Shown: piece after piece, positions 25,597-37,416 of the stretch
Numbering within the stretch: position 1 is the first letter of the stretch
Layout: every line of letters begins with the position of its first letter
Source: Vermamoeba vermiformis
Taxonomy: Eukaryota
Length of the DNA: 64,000 bases
Direction: 5' to 3'
Assembly (NCBI GenBank): GCA_045837725.1
Contig: JBEWZL010000030.1
Location: 248,001-312,000, forward strand
Made by a program: the position numbers and the translations under genes
The notes under the pieces: generated by a model
What the model saw: only the letters and a program-made list of their open reading frames with translations
Database searches by the model: none
What the model was told of the DNA's origin: nothing

Positions 25597-26299
25597 ATGT
25601 TCTCACGCTCATTAATATCAAGCTTCAAAAGCAATAGTTTTATTCGCCTGTTTTCAACTGTAAGTGTTCTAACTATGACAATCACGCTATGTATAATTTT
25701 AAATATTATCCTGAGAGTTATATTACAATCCTAAATAATTTTTAATGTTTTCTTGCCAGTTCAAACTCGGTAATTAATTTTTATGTGTTTATTAGCAAGC
25801 CCCTAAAGTTCCTAAAGAAAAGATACTAGTCACCTTCTGTAGATCACGTGGACCAGGTGGCTCGAATGTTAATAAACGAAGCACAAAGGCCGAGATAAGA
25901 TTTAACGTGGATTCAGCGGATTGGATCCCCGATCCAATGAAGCCAATTCTCAAGACCAAATATGCCACCTATTTAAACAAAGATGGGGAGCTTATTCTAT
26001 CCGCCGACAAGTATAGAACACAAGAAGAGAACACGAAGAACTGTTTCAACAAGCTGCAAGCCTACATCAACGAAGCACACGCAAACATGCTGGGCTTGCC
26101 GGGCAAACAAGAGCGCAAAGTTGAACGAATAATCAAGCGCAAGAAGAAACAATATAAACGAGCCAAGACCAAAGTCGAAATCTTAAAAATGGAGGAAGAG
26201 ACAGGCGCCAAGACCGCACCCTTAAATAATACCTCTAGTGTGCCAGCATCGAACTCAACAGCTGCACCTAAGCCAAACTCAGACGCTAAACAAGAGTAA
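25597..26299 (+). CDS. ICT1/ArfB-like mitochondrial peptidyl-tRNA hydrolase homologue (GGQ replaced by GGS); 2 exons
   Basis: Presequence MFSRSLISSFK; FCRSRGPGGSNVNKRSTKAEIRF; WIP; LNKDGEL..RTQEEN; basic C-terminal helix. Confidence 0.85.
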
Positions 26300-26639
26300 T
26301 ATACCGTTAAGATTAAAGGAGCTGTCTTGTGTGCCAACTGTTGGTTGTGCTTGTCCACTCGGATCCAGCCACTTGCAGCTCACGTGTCATCGCGCCAACA
26401 CCGCGCACATCACAAGTCCACGGTGTGAATACGCGTGCCACACGGGCATAATACGAGTCTCGAAGTAATGTGCTTTAATTAGCTTACAGTACCCAGCACA
26501 ACGGTTACAAAAAGGTGTTGGATATTTTATTGAAAATAATAAATGTCTCCGTGAATACAAACTAAACAAAAATCAAAGGCGTATTCATTACTCACGTAAC
26601 AAATATCATTAATTATTAATCATTTTCGAGTTGTTGGTC

Positions 26640-27454
26640 TTATTTCCTTCTGTAGGCTTCACGTTCCTTGATCTCTTGTTGGACTTGGAGAATATAATCG
26701 CGCAAATAAGGTCTGTCTTGTTCAGGGGTAGTCCATTGTTCCTTGGGCAAAATCTTGCCAGTACCGTTCAATTGGACGGCGACTTGAATACGCTTCATGC
26801 GAGCTTCTTGCTCTTCCTTGGGAAGTCGCTTAACAGCTTCTTGAATTTCAGGATATTCAACCAACAAATCTTCGAATTTCAAACCTTGACAAAAGTGTTA
26901 ATCATTCAGTAAACGGTCTAATAAATTATTGGTTTATCAGATTAAATTTGGTTGTCACTTAATTTTACTCTAGGGGCCAAATATCGCGTTCAAATAATAT
27001 TAATAATTAAATCTGACGATGATAATTATAATATAAAAATTTAGGAGTATAACCAGACCAGATTTGACGAATAATTTTATAATAATGTTATAAACGCATA
27101 AATAAGCCTAAAATAATTACCATATTTTCTATAACCCATGCTGTTGAGATACCAGTTACCAAGACCAGTCTTATCAATCAACTTAACGAAGAATCTGGAC
27201 AAGGCGCCCATATTTTCCTCAGCGGCTGCAACCTTTTGTCTTTCAAGTTCCTCAGGAGTCTTGGGACCCTTAATAATAGTACCATTCAATTCTTAATTTA
27301 AAAAGGGTTATTAGGGTCGTGAATTCAATACGAAAAACAGCTGGATCTTACGGGTTGAATAGCTGCGAGCAAACAACGAAGCTCCACTGCGAGTAGCAGG
27401 TGAAGGAGCAACAAGCTTGGTCAAAGAAGTTTTGCTGGCTCTCCACAAAGACAT
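26640..27454 (-). CDS. QCR7: Cytochrome bc1 complex subunit 7 (UQCRB); 3 exons
   Basis: GYRKYGLKFEDLL, EAVKRLP, ILPKEQWT, DRPYL. Confidence 0.92.
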
Positions 27455-27879
27455 TGCGATGTTGTCGATAATTACAAAAATGATAAATAATAAAATCGCA
27501 AGTGTCACGCGGTTTGAAGGATCTCGTGCAGGCGGTTCGGAAAACAGACAATATGAAATAACAAACGTACTTGATATTGGCAACTAAGAATTAAACTTGA
27601 ACAATTAAAATGACGTGATGGAGGCGAAGAAATAAGATCAGATTCGACGGGGTTACAAAAAAATCAAATTAACCATAAAAATTTATTCAATTAATCTAAT
27701 AATTTTAGTTGATAGTTACTCGCTCGTTCCCTAGGTTAGGAAGTAAATTAGTAGCAAGATATTTAATAAAAAAAGATTATATTTTAGAATTTTTGGTTTA
27801 TTTTAGTCCGATTATCGAGACTATTTACAAGCAACTTCTTCTTTGATAGGGCTAATATTCTTAGGCCGTGCTTGTTGAC

Positions 27880-28029
27880 TTAACGAGCTCTTTGTCTCAT
27901 CTTTCTTCTCTTTCGCTTCAAGCGTCTTTGTCTCTTCTTCTTCCACTATAAGTACATAGGAGTATTAATACGCTGTACTAATTGCTAACGAGTTAACGTT
28001 CGAAGTCAAGTAATTACCTTATCTCTCAT
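27880..28029 (-). CDS. RPL41: Ribosomal protein eL41 (eS32), 25 aa; 2 exons (28029-28018 and 27945-27880)
   Basis: ATG AGA GAT AAG | GT..AG intron | TGG AAG... gives MRDKWKKKRQRRLKRKRRKMRQRAR*, the canonical eL41 length and pattern. Confidence 0.95.
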
Positions 28030-28268
28030 GGTTACCGGTAGCTAAAAAATTGAAAGACGAATGAACAGGAAGGATGAAAACAAAAAGAGAACGAAAGCCA
28101 GGTGTTCCGTGATTGGTCGGAATTTTTGACCGTCAAATTTTCGATTTCGGGAAGGGCAAATTCCTAACCGACGTTATGTCGGTGAGGGGAAACAACGGAT
28201 CGTGCAAGCAGGAGCTTTCGGTTGGTATTAAATAAGACTGATTTATTGTCTATTATGTACAGGTTTGT

Positions 28269-29164
28269 TTAGAAGATGGAGATCAGGGCGAAGCAAGCGT
28301 AGAATAAAACGAGGGGATAGCCAACCAGCAAGCGCTGCTCAACCATCATCAATACGCGCACGAACATAAGGGCGGCCGAGTAAGTGCACCAGGCAACGCA
28401 GAGACCGACGAGAAGAAAGCCGATCCAACTCCTAATCCGGATTAGTCCTTTGTTGCACGTAATTAATTCGTAAGCGTTACGTACGTGACAGAGATGAATA
28501 CGGCCATGCAGGCTAAGAACACCATCGGTAATAAACAATAGCCGAGGACACTAATCGTTCTGTACATGTCGATACCAGTGTCGCTCATTACATTCAATAA
28601 TAAATACATAGATACTGAGCCTACTGCACCGAGTCCATAAATATAGCCAAAGTGTAACTTTCCAGTCTATAACATAACAGGGACGTTAGATCAAGGGTGA
28701 CGTGGATGCGTAAAAATCTTGTTTGCCCTTAAAAATAGTCAATTGCAAAAAATTAATCAAGAAATTAAGTAAGAAATGCGTTCACGATTAATATTAAGTG
28801 ATAGCACTGATTTGGCGGGTATAAAATTTTTCCATAATTAAATAAAAATTCAATTTGAGCTTACCATCAGCAGAAAAGTGCCCAATAATAGCGCAAAAAA
28901 TAATGGGCCTGAAAGGTCGTTATCTTCTAACGATTCTTGATCGACCTCTTTGAATGGATTGAGGACTGCCATAGTTTTTTTCCTGATGTGCGTTATATTA
29001 ATTCCTAATTCTTCCAATAATGGTGGCTCATTTTCAAATCCAGTATTTGCATAACTTCCGCTATTGTCATATCCGTAAGTATTCGCGCCCATGTAAGGAT
29101 TTGGTTGGGCAACGTAAGAAGGCTGTCCGCCTTCCACTCCAAAATTTTGTTGTGGCCACGACAT
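28269..29164 (-). CDS. Yip1-family Golgi/ER membrane protein (YIPF5-like); multi-exon
   Basis: EPPLLEELGIN, DLSGPL, GKLHFGYIYG, SVLGYCLLP, QRLLVGYP. Confidence 0.93.
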
Positions 29165-29399
29165 TGCTCTATACAATAAATACTATCGAGCTATTGTGCC
29201 TCGTTTAATGGACGTAGAATAATGGGAATTGCTGACGTAATGATGAAATTTTGTTTGACAACGGAAAATTTCGCGTTTTAAGAGGAGATGAATGCTTGCG
29301 AAATAACTGGGTTCATATGTTATAGGTGATTATGATAGTACTTTCGCAAATGGTGTCTTTATTATGTACATGTAGAGATCTTGGTGGCAGGACACTTCT

Positions 29400-32300
29400 T
29401 TACCAAGTTTCGCTTAAAATAGCATCAGAAGCAGACAAATCAACTGACTGGACTAATTTAGACTTCAAGAAACTGAAGCTAGGACGATCAATGACCAGTT
29501 TAGGAATGACTATCTGCTCGGGCTTGACGTCATCAAACTCCGTCGTGACTGAATCGAGTGAAATGCGCGAGGCAAATGACCGACTCTTGCGCATGCCTCC
29601 TTCTTTCTTTTCTTTGTCACTCAACGCGTCTAGCTCTGTTTTGTTCAGCACGGTGTCATCGAACCTAATGGTTGGCGTGTACATTAGCACGAGTGATTTG
29701 AACAAGGCACCGTTAGTTACGTACATGTCAGGCTTGTAGTTCATCAACAACTTCTTCAAGTGTCTCACTGGCAGATCAGGACACACTGACTCGCGTGTTG
29801 AGTCTTGGGCGAGGGACTCTTTTTGACGGAGACAGAGTACATCAGCAGCCTTAGATAATGACGTTAGCTCTGGTCCTGTTTCCGAGATGTGTTGACACGT
29901 ACCTGGCGCGAGGCCTTTGTTGCTTGTTGAATCATGCTTGAGCACAACGGATTAGTGGTCGTCAACCATTCTTCGAGTTGACTCATCGCCATCTTGAGCT
30001 GCAGGCCCATGCCACACGACGAATGTTCCATCATGATTTGCAGTAACCTCGTCTAGAAGCGCTCTGTTAGCACGTAATACGATCGGGCTTGCCGGTACTT
30101 ACGTCAAGGTATTCGAATAACAATAGCTGCACTTGGTACTTCAAGCCATCAATGATATTGTTCTGCGTCATTGTTTTGAACACATCAGCGAGAATTTCCG
30201 TCAAATTAGTGATGTTTTCTTCCGCTCTCATATTTCTAATCGAGCATGTTAGTTCGAATTATCATCACAACTACCACTGAAAACTTACACAGTAGGATCG
30301 ACAAGGTACTTTGGCAAGCTTAAAAATACATTTTTTATAATAGTTCCCATTTTCTACGAGACATTAGTTCGTCATTAAAAAAGGGCAATTCTAAACTTAC
30401 GCGGTCAAGCAGTTCAAACAAATACGTGACGAGTGTGTCAGCCACGCCTCGCAAATTGTTTTCAAAGTCACGCATGTTGCTTCGTTCAGCGGGACTCACA
30501 TCAACGCTGAAATCTTCACGACTTGTTTTGGTGAAGTAATACACTGCTTGAACGGTGCTCAGCCAGTACATCAAACCTCCCAATTTTTCACGGTTTTTCT
30601 AGTGACGCACGATTAACATGAGCATTACGGTACAGCTATGGTCTAGGACGTACCTTTGCGAATAGCTCTAGGGTTGAAATCAAGCGCGAGAGGATTTTAT
30701 CGTTGTCAATGTCAAATGCGTGCCATTGCGTGAGACATTTGTGCGTGATGAAAGCCACGACTGAAATCTTGTTGCTGAAGCGAGGGTCCATGGGCAACAC
30801 TGTCTCCAATAAAAACTTCAAATCTTCGTCCTGTTAGCATAGGTTAGTAAGCCAGCCACAAAGTCTGACTGAAGATGATTGACGTACCAGTCGGTTCTGC
30901 GCGAGTTCTAGTTTGAGTTGCAGCGCGTTATCAGTGCGCGGCGAAAGTGTCTCGGGATTGACACCTGCAGCATAAGGCAACTTGTCGACATCAAATGATT
31001 TGACACGACGATGACCGACACGTTTGTTCATTATACGCTGAGGAGCAACACTCTTAGGACCGGTCTGTGGGCCTGAGTCTAGCGATGGTACTGTTAAGTG
31101 ATTGGCGGCCTCACCAGCGGCTTCAGTACTCGTGCTTTCAGCTGGCAGTGACAGGGGTTCGATGGGAATGGCGGGAATTTCGATATGTTCACGAAGCATT
31201 TTAATCTCCTTTTCTTTGATTTGTTTGATCTCTGGGTCATCGCTGACGTGGTGCGGCGATCTGCGCGGAGATCTGGGAGATCTCGGAGATTTCTCCTTTT
31301 TATCCGAGAGCTGGATGTTAATCGTGGCCATTTTAAGTTGTTTTCTGTTCAACACTGGACTGCTTTGTGACATGGATCCAGCACTGTCTCTGTTCGTGAT
31401 AGCGTCGTCTGGAGTCTTGCTCGGTGATGATTTATCACTCGGAGACTCCGGAGGTTGTTCCGTGCTGTTATTTTGATCTGCTCCGTTTGCCTCTTTTTGC
31501 GGAATTTCTTCACTGTTGTTCGTGTCACTCTTTTCAGACCCCGTTGACTCACGGTTTTTTCTTCGCGAGTCACTGCGTCGTTTGTCTTTTTTAGTCTTTT
31601 CCACGCCGTCAAGTTCACCACTTGGACTCACTGGCAATCGTTCACTCGTAGTTCGACGCATGCTATGTACGTCAAGTCTGGCACTGACTGGCTCGGGCTC
31701 TTCATTGATCACTCCGCCGATAGATTGCAACACTAGCTCACGTGACTCTTTGCGCTTGAGTTTGACTTTGTCCATTGAGCGCGACAACGAACCTGAACTC
31801 GACGTCCTTCGTGCTGAAGATGTGGTGAGAGTGGATTGTTTCTGCGGCGAGTTGTTGGGATCAATGACGTTGATATTCACTGGTGTTATGTCTATTGGTG
31901 CACTCAAAGGCTGCTTGCTATTGGTGTCGTCGGATGCAGGATCCATGCTGGCACTAAGACTAATGCTAAAAGTCTTCTTTTTATCTTTGCTCGATTTGTC
32001 TTTATCTTTGGACTTGGAACTGTTCATAGTGAGTTAAAACAAATGAAAATTAAGCGATAGAAAGTCGATCTAATTTCAGCGATTGATTTTTACCTTGAAC
32101 TTTCGCTTCTTCGAATGGCTAATACCAACGTGACCTAATATTAGATAATTAAGTATCAATTAGGTATAATTAATAATATTCGATGATTACTTGAAGACCA
32201 GTTTTGTCTTGCAATATGACGGGGTACTTGCTCGAGTCTTCTGTCGTTTGAGCATATTGTACAAGTGATAATTCGAATGGAACGGAATTATTCTAATAAA

Positions 32301-32799
32301 ATTGAGTTAATAATGCGAAATTGAAACCGTTGGCAAAAATTACAATTTTTGAAATGCATAGATCCGCTTTCTAAAATTATTTAATTAATTTAGAATAATA
32401 TATGACACTCTAGAATACATCGGAAATGGAAGGGATAAAGCGATTAATTTTGCAAATTAAATATTTTAATATTAACGTCCTGTCACAACGGCTTACATTT
32501 CCCAGCTTGACTGTTAGTGAAGCTAGTATATCAGCTAAACTCTTTGACCCTTCCTCTCGGTCGAATAGACAACGTGTGCTAATGATAGTTTCATTGTCCC
32601 AAGTAGCAGATCTAGTTGCAGGATCAACCGACACTAATTTTGATTCTGCAGCTGTGTCTGCGAGCTTAATAGCAACTTGTACATCGGTAGCATCTTGAGG
32701 GATTTGAGACACTTTTTGCAATACAATAGTGACTTTGCATTTGATTGCGTGGCTTGATCTCCTCTCAGATTTGCGCCTCGTTGATTTAGAGGAGCTCAT
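29400..32799 (-). CDS. NT-C2 domain plus dilute (DIL / myosin-V cargo-binding-like) domain protein; multi-exon
   Basis: N-terminal beta-sandwich with ATWDNE; long Ser-rich linker; helical C-terminal domain with KCLTQW, MYWLS, AADVL, VCPDL...LLMNYKPD. Confidence 0.65.
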
Positions 32800-33098
32800 C
32801 TGATGCGTCGATAAATAAATATATAAATAAATAAAAATAAGGTGTTAGCACTGAGTTGTGTTCGTCAATGCTGTCCGTTTGAAATTTGGATCTCAAATTG
32901 CAACGCAATTTATTTGAAACAAAAATCAAAAAAAGAACTTTTTGTAGTACACAAATCTAATGCAATAATGCTGTAATGGAAAATAGAAGTCGCTTCTCCT
33001 CTATTGTAGAGAAGTAATAGTCCGGGTTCGCGTGTAGCGGATCAAAGTAAATTTAGTAATTACAATGTAACAACGAAATATCGACTCTTTATTTAATA

Positions 33099-33950
33099 TC
33101 AATATTGATTCAGTCCTATAATTATATCATCTGCCAGGGCCAATTTGAGACGGAACGCATCCACACCGTTCAAATAATACCTTTCAAAGGATTCATTAGT
33201 ACGCTATTCAATCGCCAATAATATTGCAGCTATTTTCCATCGATAGTACTTACTTCTGCAGCCTCTTGTCTTTAATAAAGCCCAAATTTAAGTACAAATT
33301 AATCGCCCTTTTGTTGGTGATCTCAGTTTCTAATACAACCTGCGAAAATATGACCTTAATAAATATATAGCCATATACACGTGTACATACTTCTTCGCAT
33401 TTATATTCTTTCATTTTTTCAATTGCTTTTGACACGAGAACGGATCCTAAAAAGGTGACACGATTAATAATTAGTGTGCCGGTATATTGATTAGAAATAT
33501 CGTATTAATTATAATTGCGTACCTATTTTTCGTCGTCTATAAGAAGCTTCAACAGCTAACATGGCTATATAGCCTCTGAATGACTTAGTTTTATGATGAT
33601 CTAATTTACAAACAACTGCACCAATGCATTTATCGCCGTCATAGGCCTAAATATTAAATGTGAGTATTATTACAATATTTTAAATTTATTCAACGACCGC
33701 AGATCTGGTGCTAGAAAAATAACCAAAAATAATTGTTTAAAAATTACCAAAAAATAAGAATATGACTTACCAACCAACACAATTTCGGCCAGTTATGAAT
33801 GAAGTATTGATAAGTGTAAACAGAATAAGGCTCAGACAGATCTGCCTCCATTAATCGCATGATTGGCGGCATCTGAGAGTCATCGGTGTAATGGCAATAT
33901 CTGAGCTCTCCTTGCGGTGCATCAGTCGCATTATTATTAGTTTCTGCCAT
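33099..33950 (-). CDS. NAA30: N-alpha-acetyltransferase 30 (NatC catalytic subunit, Mak3); multi-exon
   Basis: [54 protein letters not shown]. Confidence 0.95.
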
Positions 33951-34038
33951 AATGAGTGTTGGTCTTATGGCTAGTTGAATAAAAAAAATTATCGTTTAGT
34001 TTTTCGTTATTATTTCTCGAGCACCACAAGGCTGCAGC

Positions 34039-35957
34039 ATGGAGCGACCAGCTTATAAACTAAGTGGGAGGGCACGAGTAGAAGAGCGTATTTATATTAA
34101 CAAAGAAGCGTTAATTTACAGCGGATGTGGCTCCAGAGAAGGACACTTTCAAATTTGCGACTCTATTTGGGCAGCAAGCGACAATGAAGTTTATATTATA
34201 AATAAGCAAACACTCACTAAAGTTAGCTTTACAGAGGATGAGGTAAAACTCCGAGACTTATTATGATTTGAGAAAATCATTTTTTAATTCTTTCTCAAGA
34301 TCTTCACGCAAGAAACTGTCTTTGAGTTGAAAAGCAAATGGAACAGGTTACATTGCTCAGTAGTTAAATACGGATATCTGGCTGTTTGTGGAGATGATTC
34401 ATTGTGGGTATTAAATTTGGCAACAAAAGAGTAAGTATTTTTCAAAATAATTTCCTGTATATCTAATATTAACAATTAAATATAGAGTGTTATCCAAGAA
34501 CCTTAATGAAAATGATAGAGTATTTTCTGAAATGAACAATTGCGTCGATATCAGTATTCATTGCAACGAAACTCGACTGCTTCTGGCCGATAACAGCGGT
34601 GTTATTACAAGTGCGTAATATACTATGAATAGTATCTTATTATATAAGGCGATGCTAATAGATATTTTTAGTATTCCGATTGCCGTCAATGGAGCGAGTG
34701 GCAGAATTAAAACACGATGACGCCATTAACAACGCAAAATTCAGTCCTAATGGTACGTCCTTATTATAGTTTATTATAAGGGCTTATATTAGTATCATTA
34801 GGTCGAGCTATATGCGCAGTAGGTGATTCTAATATGGTCTTTTTGTATTCTATCGATGAAAATGCACCGCTATCGGATGGTACGCAAACAAAAAAGTAAA
34901 ACTTAAAGTAATTATGCAATTAATACTAATATACGCTAATATAACTAGAGGCGTTTCACAAATTAAACAACCGCAATCCTGGACACCAAGAACGCGACGA
35001 ATCGTTGCGCGGGCAATACGTGTACGAACGCAGCTTGACTTTGTCTGCCATCGGTGATCCCCAGTACTGCATGTGGAGTGCTGACAGCAGTTACATTCTC
35101 GTCAGTCACGAGGATGAGAAGGCGTTAGTGTTGAATGGCAGCACATTAGACATTATTAATCAGTTTGATCTCGTAAGCAGTCAGATCCAACAAGATCTGG
35201 AAGCCTTCTTTTGCTAATTATATTGCGATATGATAGGAGTGCTCATTGGCTGCAGCAACAAGTTCTATATCGAGTTTAGGCGTGTTTTGTAATCGTAATA
35301 AGTTGCTCGTGTTTGACATGTTGGACGATGCAAAATTGAATTTGAAACAACAAACGATATATGTGGCGCATTTCAGACGTGGTTCGATCAATGGAATTGC
35401 ATTCTCACCGAGCGGAAAGAAATTCTTCGTCGGTAAGCATTGCAATAATTCGGCGAGGTTTCCCTCGGATCTAAATTTTAATTTTGTAGTAACACCGACT
35501 GGGCTGTGTATAATGGACGTAGTGAATATCGAACCATTGAAAACAATTTGCATCAAGTCATTAGGCCCTGAAAGGTTGCGCGAATCAGTTGAATTAGGAC
35601 TGGCGCCGCAAGAATTATATATTGAGCCTTATAAGCCGCAGAAAAAATTAGACGAAAACAACAGCGATCAAGTGAGTACTACGAACGATAATTAATAACG
35701 ATAGTATTTAAATTCGTTGCTAGGATGTGGAAAAGGACAAATTACCGGATGTGTTTCGAGTCAAATTATGCGCTTCCGTAGCGGAGATTAGAGAGACATA
35801 TGGCGGGTATAACGAGAGCGATGATTCGGACGATGACTATGATATAATGGACGACCCTGAGTTTGGACCCATGGATGATGACGATGAGAGTTATGAAGAC
35901 GAGAATAGTGTTGATGATGATGATGAGGATGACGATGCTAATATGGACGTTGATTAG
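34039..35957 (+). CDS. WD40-like beta-propeller protein with an acidic tail; multi-exon
   Basis: WD-like blades HDDAINNAKFSPNG, GSINGIAFSPSGKKFFV, YCMWSADSSYILV; Asp-rich C-terminus. Confidence 0.65.
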
Positions 35958-35979
35958 ATCATACATTCGATACATATAG

Positions 35980-36896
35980 GACTGTTCTATCCAACGCAAA
36001 AATTGATCGATTTTATCGCTGAAGAAAGTGTTGGCAAGATTCGCGATGGCAAGACACCTGTCACTGTTCGATTTATGGTTCCAAAAAAGATCTACGAACA
36101 GATGAAAGACGCAACTTTTAAGAACCCGTTCTATGTGCCCACGCACCGCGACAGAATACCAGATAAGCTATTAGAGGCTATTACATTATGGATGAACGTA
36201 CGATGTCATTGTACGAAAGAAGAACGAGTGGCTGGATCTGAAAAAATTTCAGCGCTGCACCTCGATGTTTATCAATCCGACAAAGTGAGCTATGACGACA
36301 AAGAGCATCATCGTGCGTATTTCTTAGTAGGAGACGCCGCCTTCGGCGTACCATTCTTTAGAGCACTGAATAATGGCCTATTATGTGGCAGCAAACTAGC
36401 CTTCTGTATGAGCGATCTGTTGAGCGACCACCTCAAAAGTTACACGCCCAAGTCATTCATGGGCAAATTGAAAGTGGGTGTGTTGAAAGCAATGAACACC
36501 GTGCACAACTTAGTCAATGCTGGCGTGCTGAATGCGTACAGTATCTACGTCGCGAGTCTTGCCATGACCGAGATTGCCACTGCTCGGACCAAGAGTGGTG
36601 CGTTGTTTGCAGCCACACTAATGAACAAAGTGAACGGAGCTGTGCCCTGGCAAGTGAATGTGTGGCCAAAAGAGAAAGAAAAAATGTTCTTGACGACCGA
36701 TCCTGACTTCAAGCCACCTGTCATCGTGCAAAAAGAAACAACGGTGAACGAGCACAGTGACGCAGAAGTGGATAATAACGCGTGGCAAGGACCAGAAGGA
36801 GACTCGCAAGAGGAAGAAGAGAACAACACGGATGAAAAAGATCTGGCTGCACAGTTAGAGGGCCTGTCTTTGACAAGTAAAGAAGGCCACCAATAG
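35980..36896 (+). CDS. C-terminal half of an FAD-dependent monooxygenase-like protein; 5' end unresolved
   Basis: FLVGDAAFGVPFFRALNNG resembles the GD fingerprint of flavoprotein monooxygenases; no upstream GxGxxG exon found. Confidence 0.55.
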
Positions 36897-36957
36897 TTTT
36901 GAAATTTTTCTGCATCAATCTTGTGCTCTACTTGGTCCAAGGCGCGATTGATGTTGA

Positions 36958-36959
<2 letters not shown>

Positions 36960-36988
<29 letters not shown>
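36960..36988. repeat. Poly(dT) tract
   Basis: About 29 consecutive T in intergenic DNA. Confidence 0.9.
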
Positions 36989-37416
36989 GTCAGTCCCGTC
37001 GGAATTAGCTCTGATCCACCTCGGAAACTTTGGCCGATAGTTGCTGGCAGGTAAGAAAACAAAATTAAATTCGAACACCAAATCTTTATTCTCGTTTTTG
37101 ATTCGCGGAGTTAATATAACCGATAATTTAACATTTAACTCCTTTATTACTTACGAGTATACTACCCTGTAGTGGTATATCATCTTTAAATTAATGAGAT
37201 TAGGCATCTCAAATATGCCCATGTTATCGGAACTTTATTGGCAATTCTATTTTTATGGTTATTAAAGTACGGAAAATTTCTTTTGGGTGCACAAAAATAT
37301 CGGCATGGGCAAAACTCAAGTATTTAAAGGAAGGTTCGGCATAGTGTTTCATTCATTCATTTCTATTTTACTTAACCATCAGAACTCGACGTTACGAGTT
37401 ACTTGTGTTAATTAAG

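Noticed and set aside
36990-37060. Minus-strand CTTACCTG resembling the U1 snRNA 5' end
   Set aside because: It is the complement of a plus-strand donor CAG|GTAAG (probable 5'UTR intron of the IPT/Kelch gene); no U1 loops or Sm site recognised
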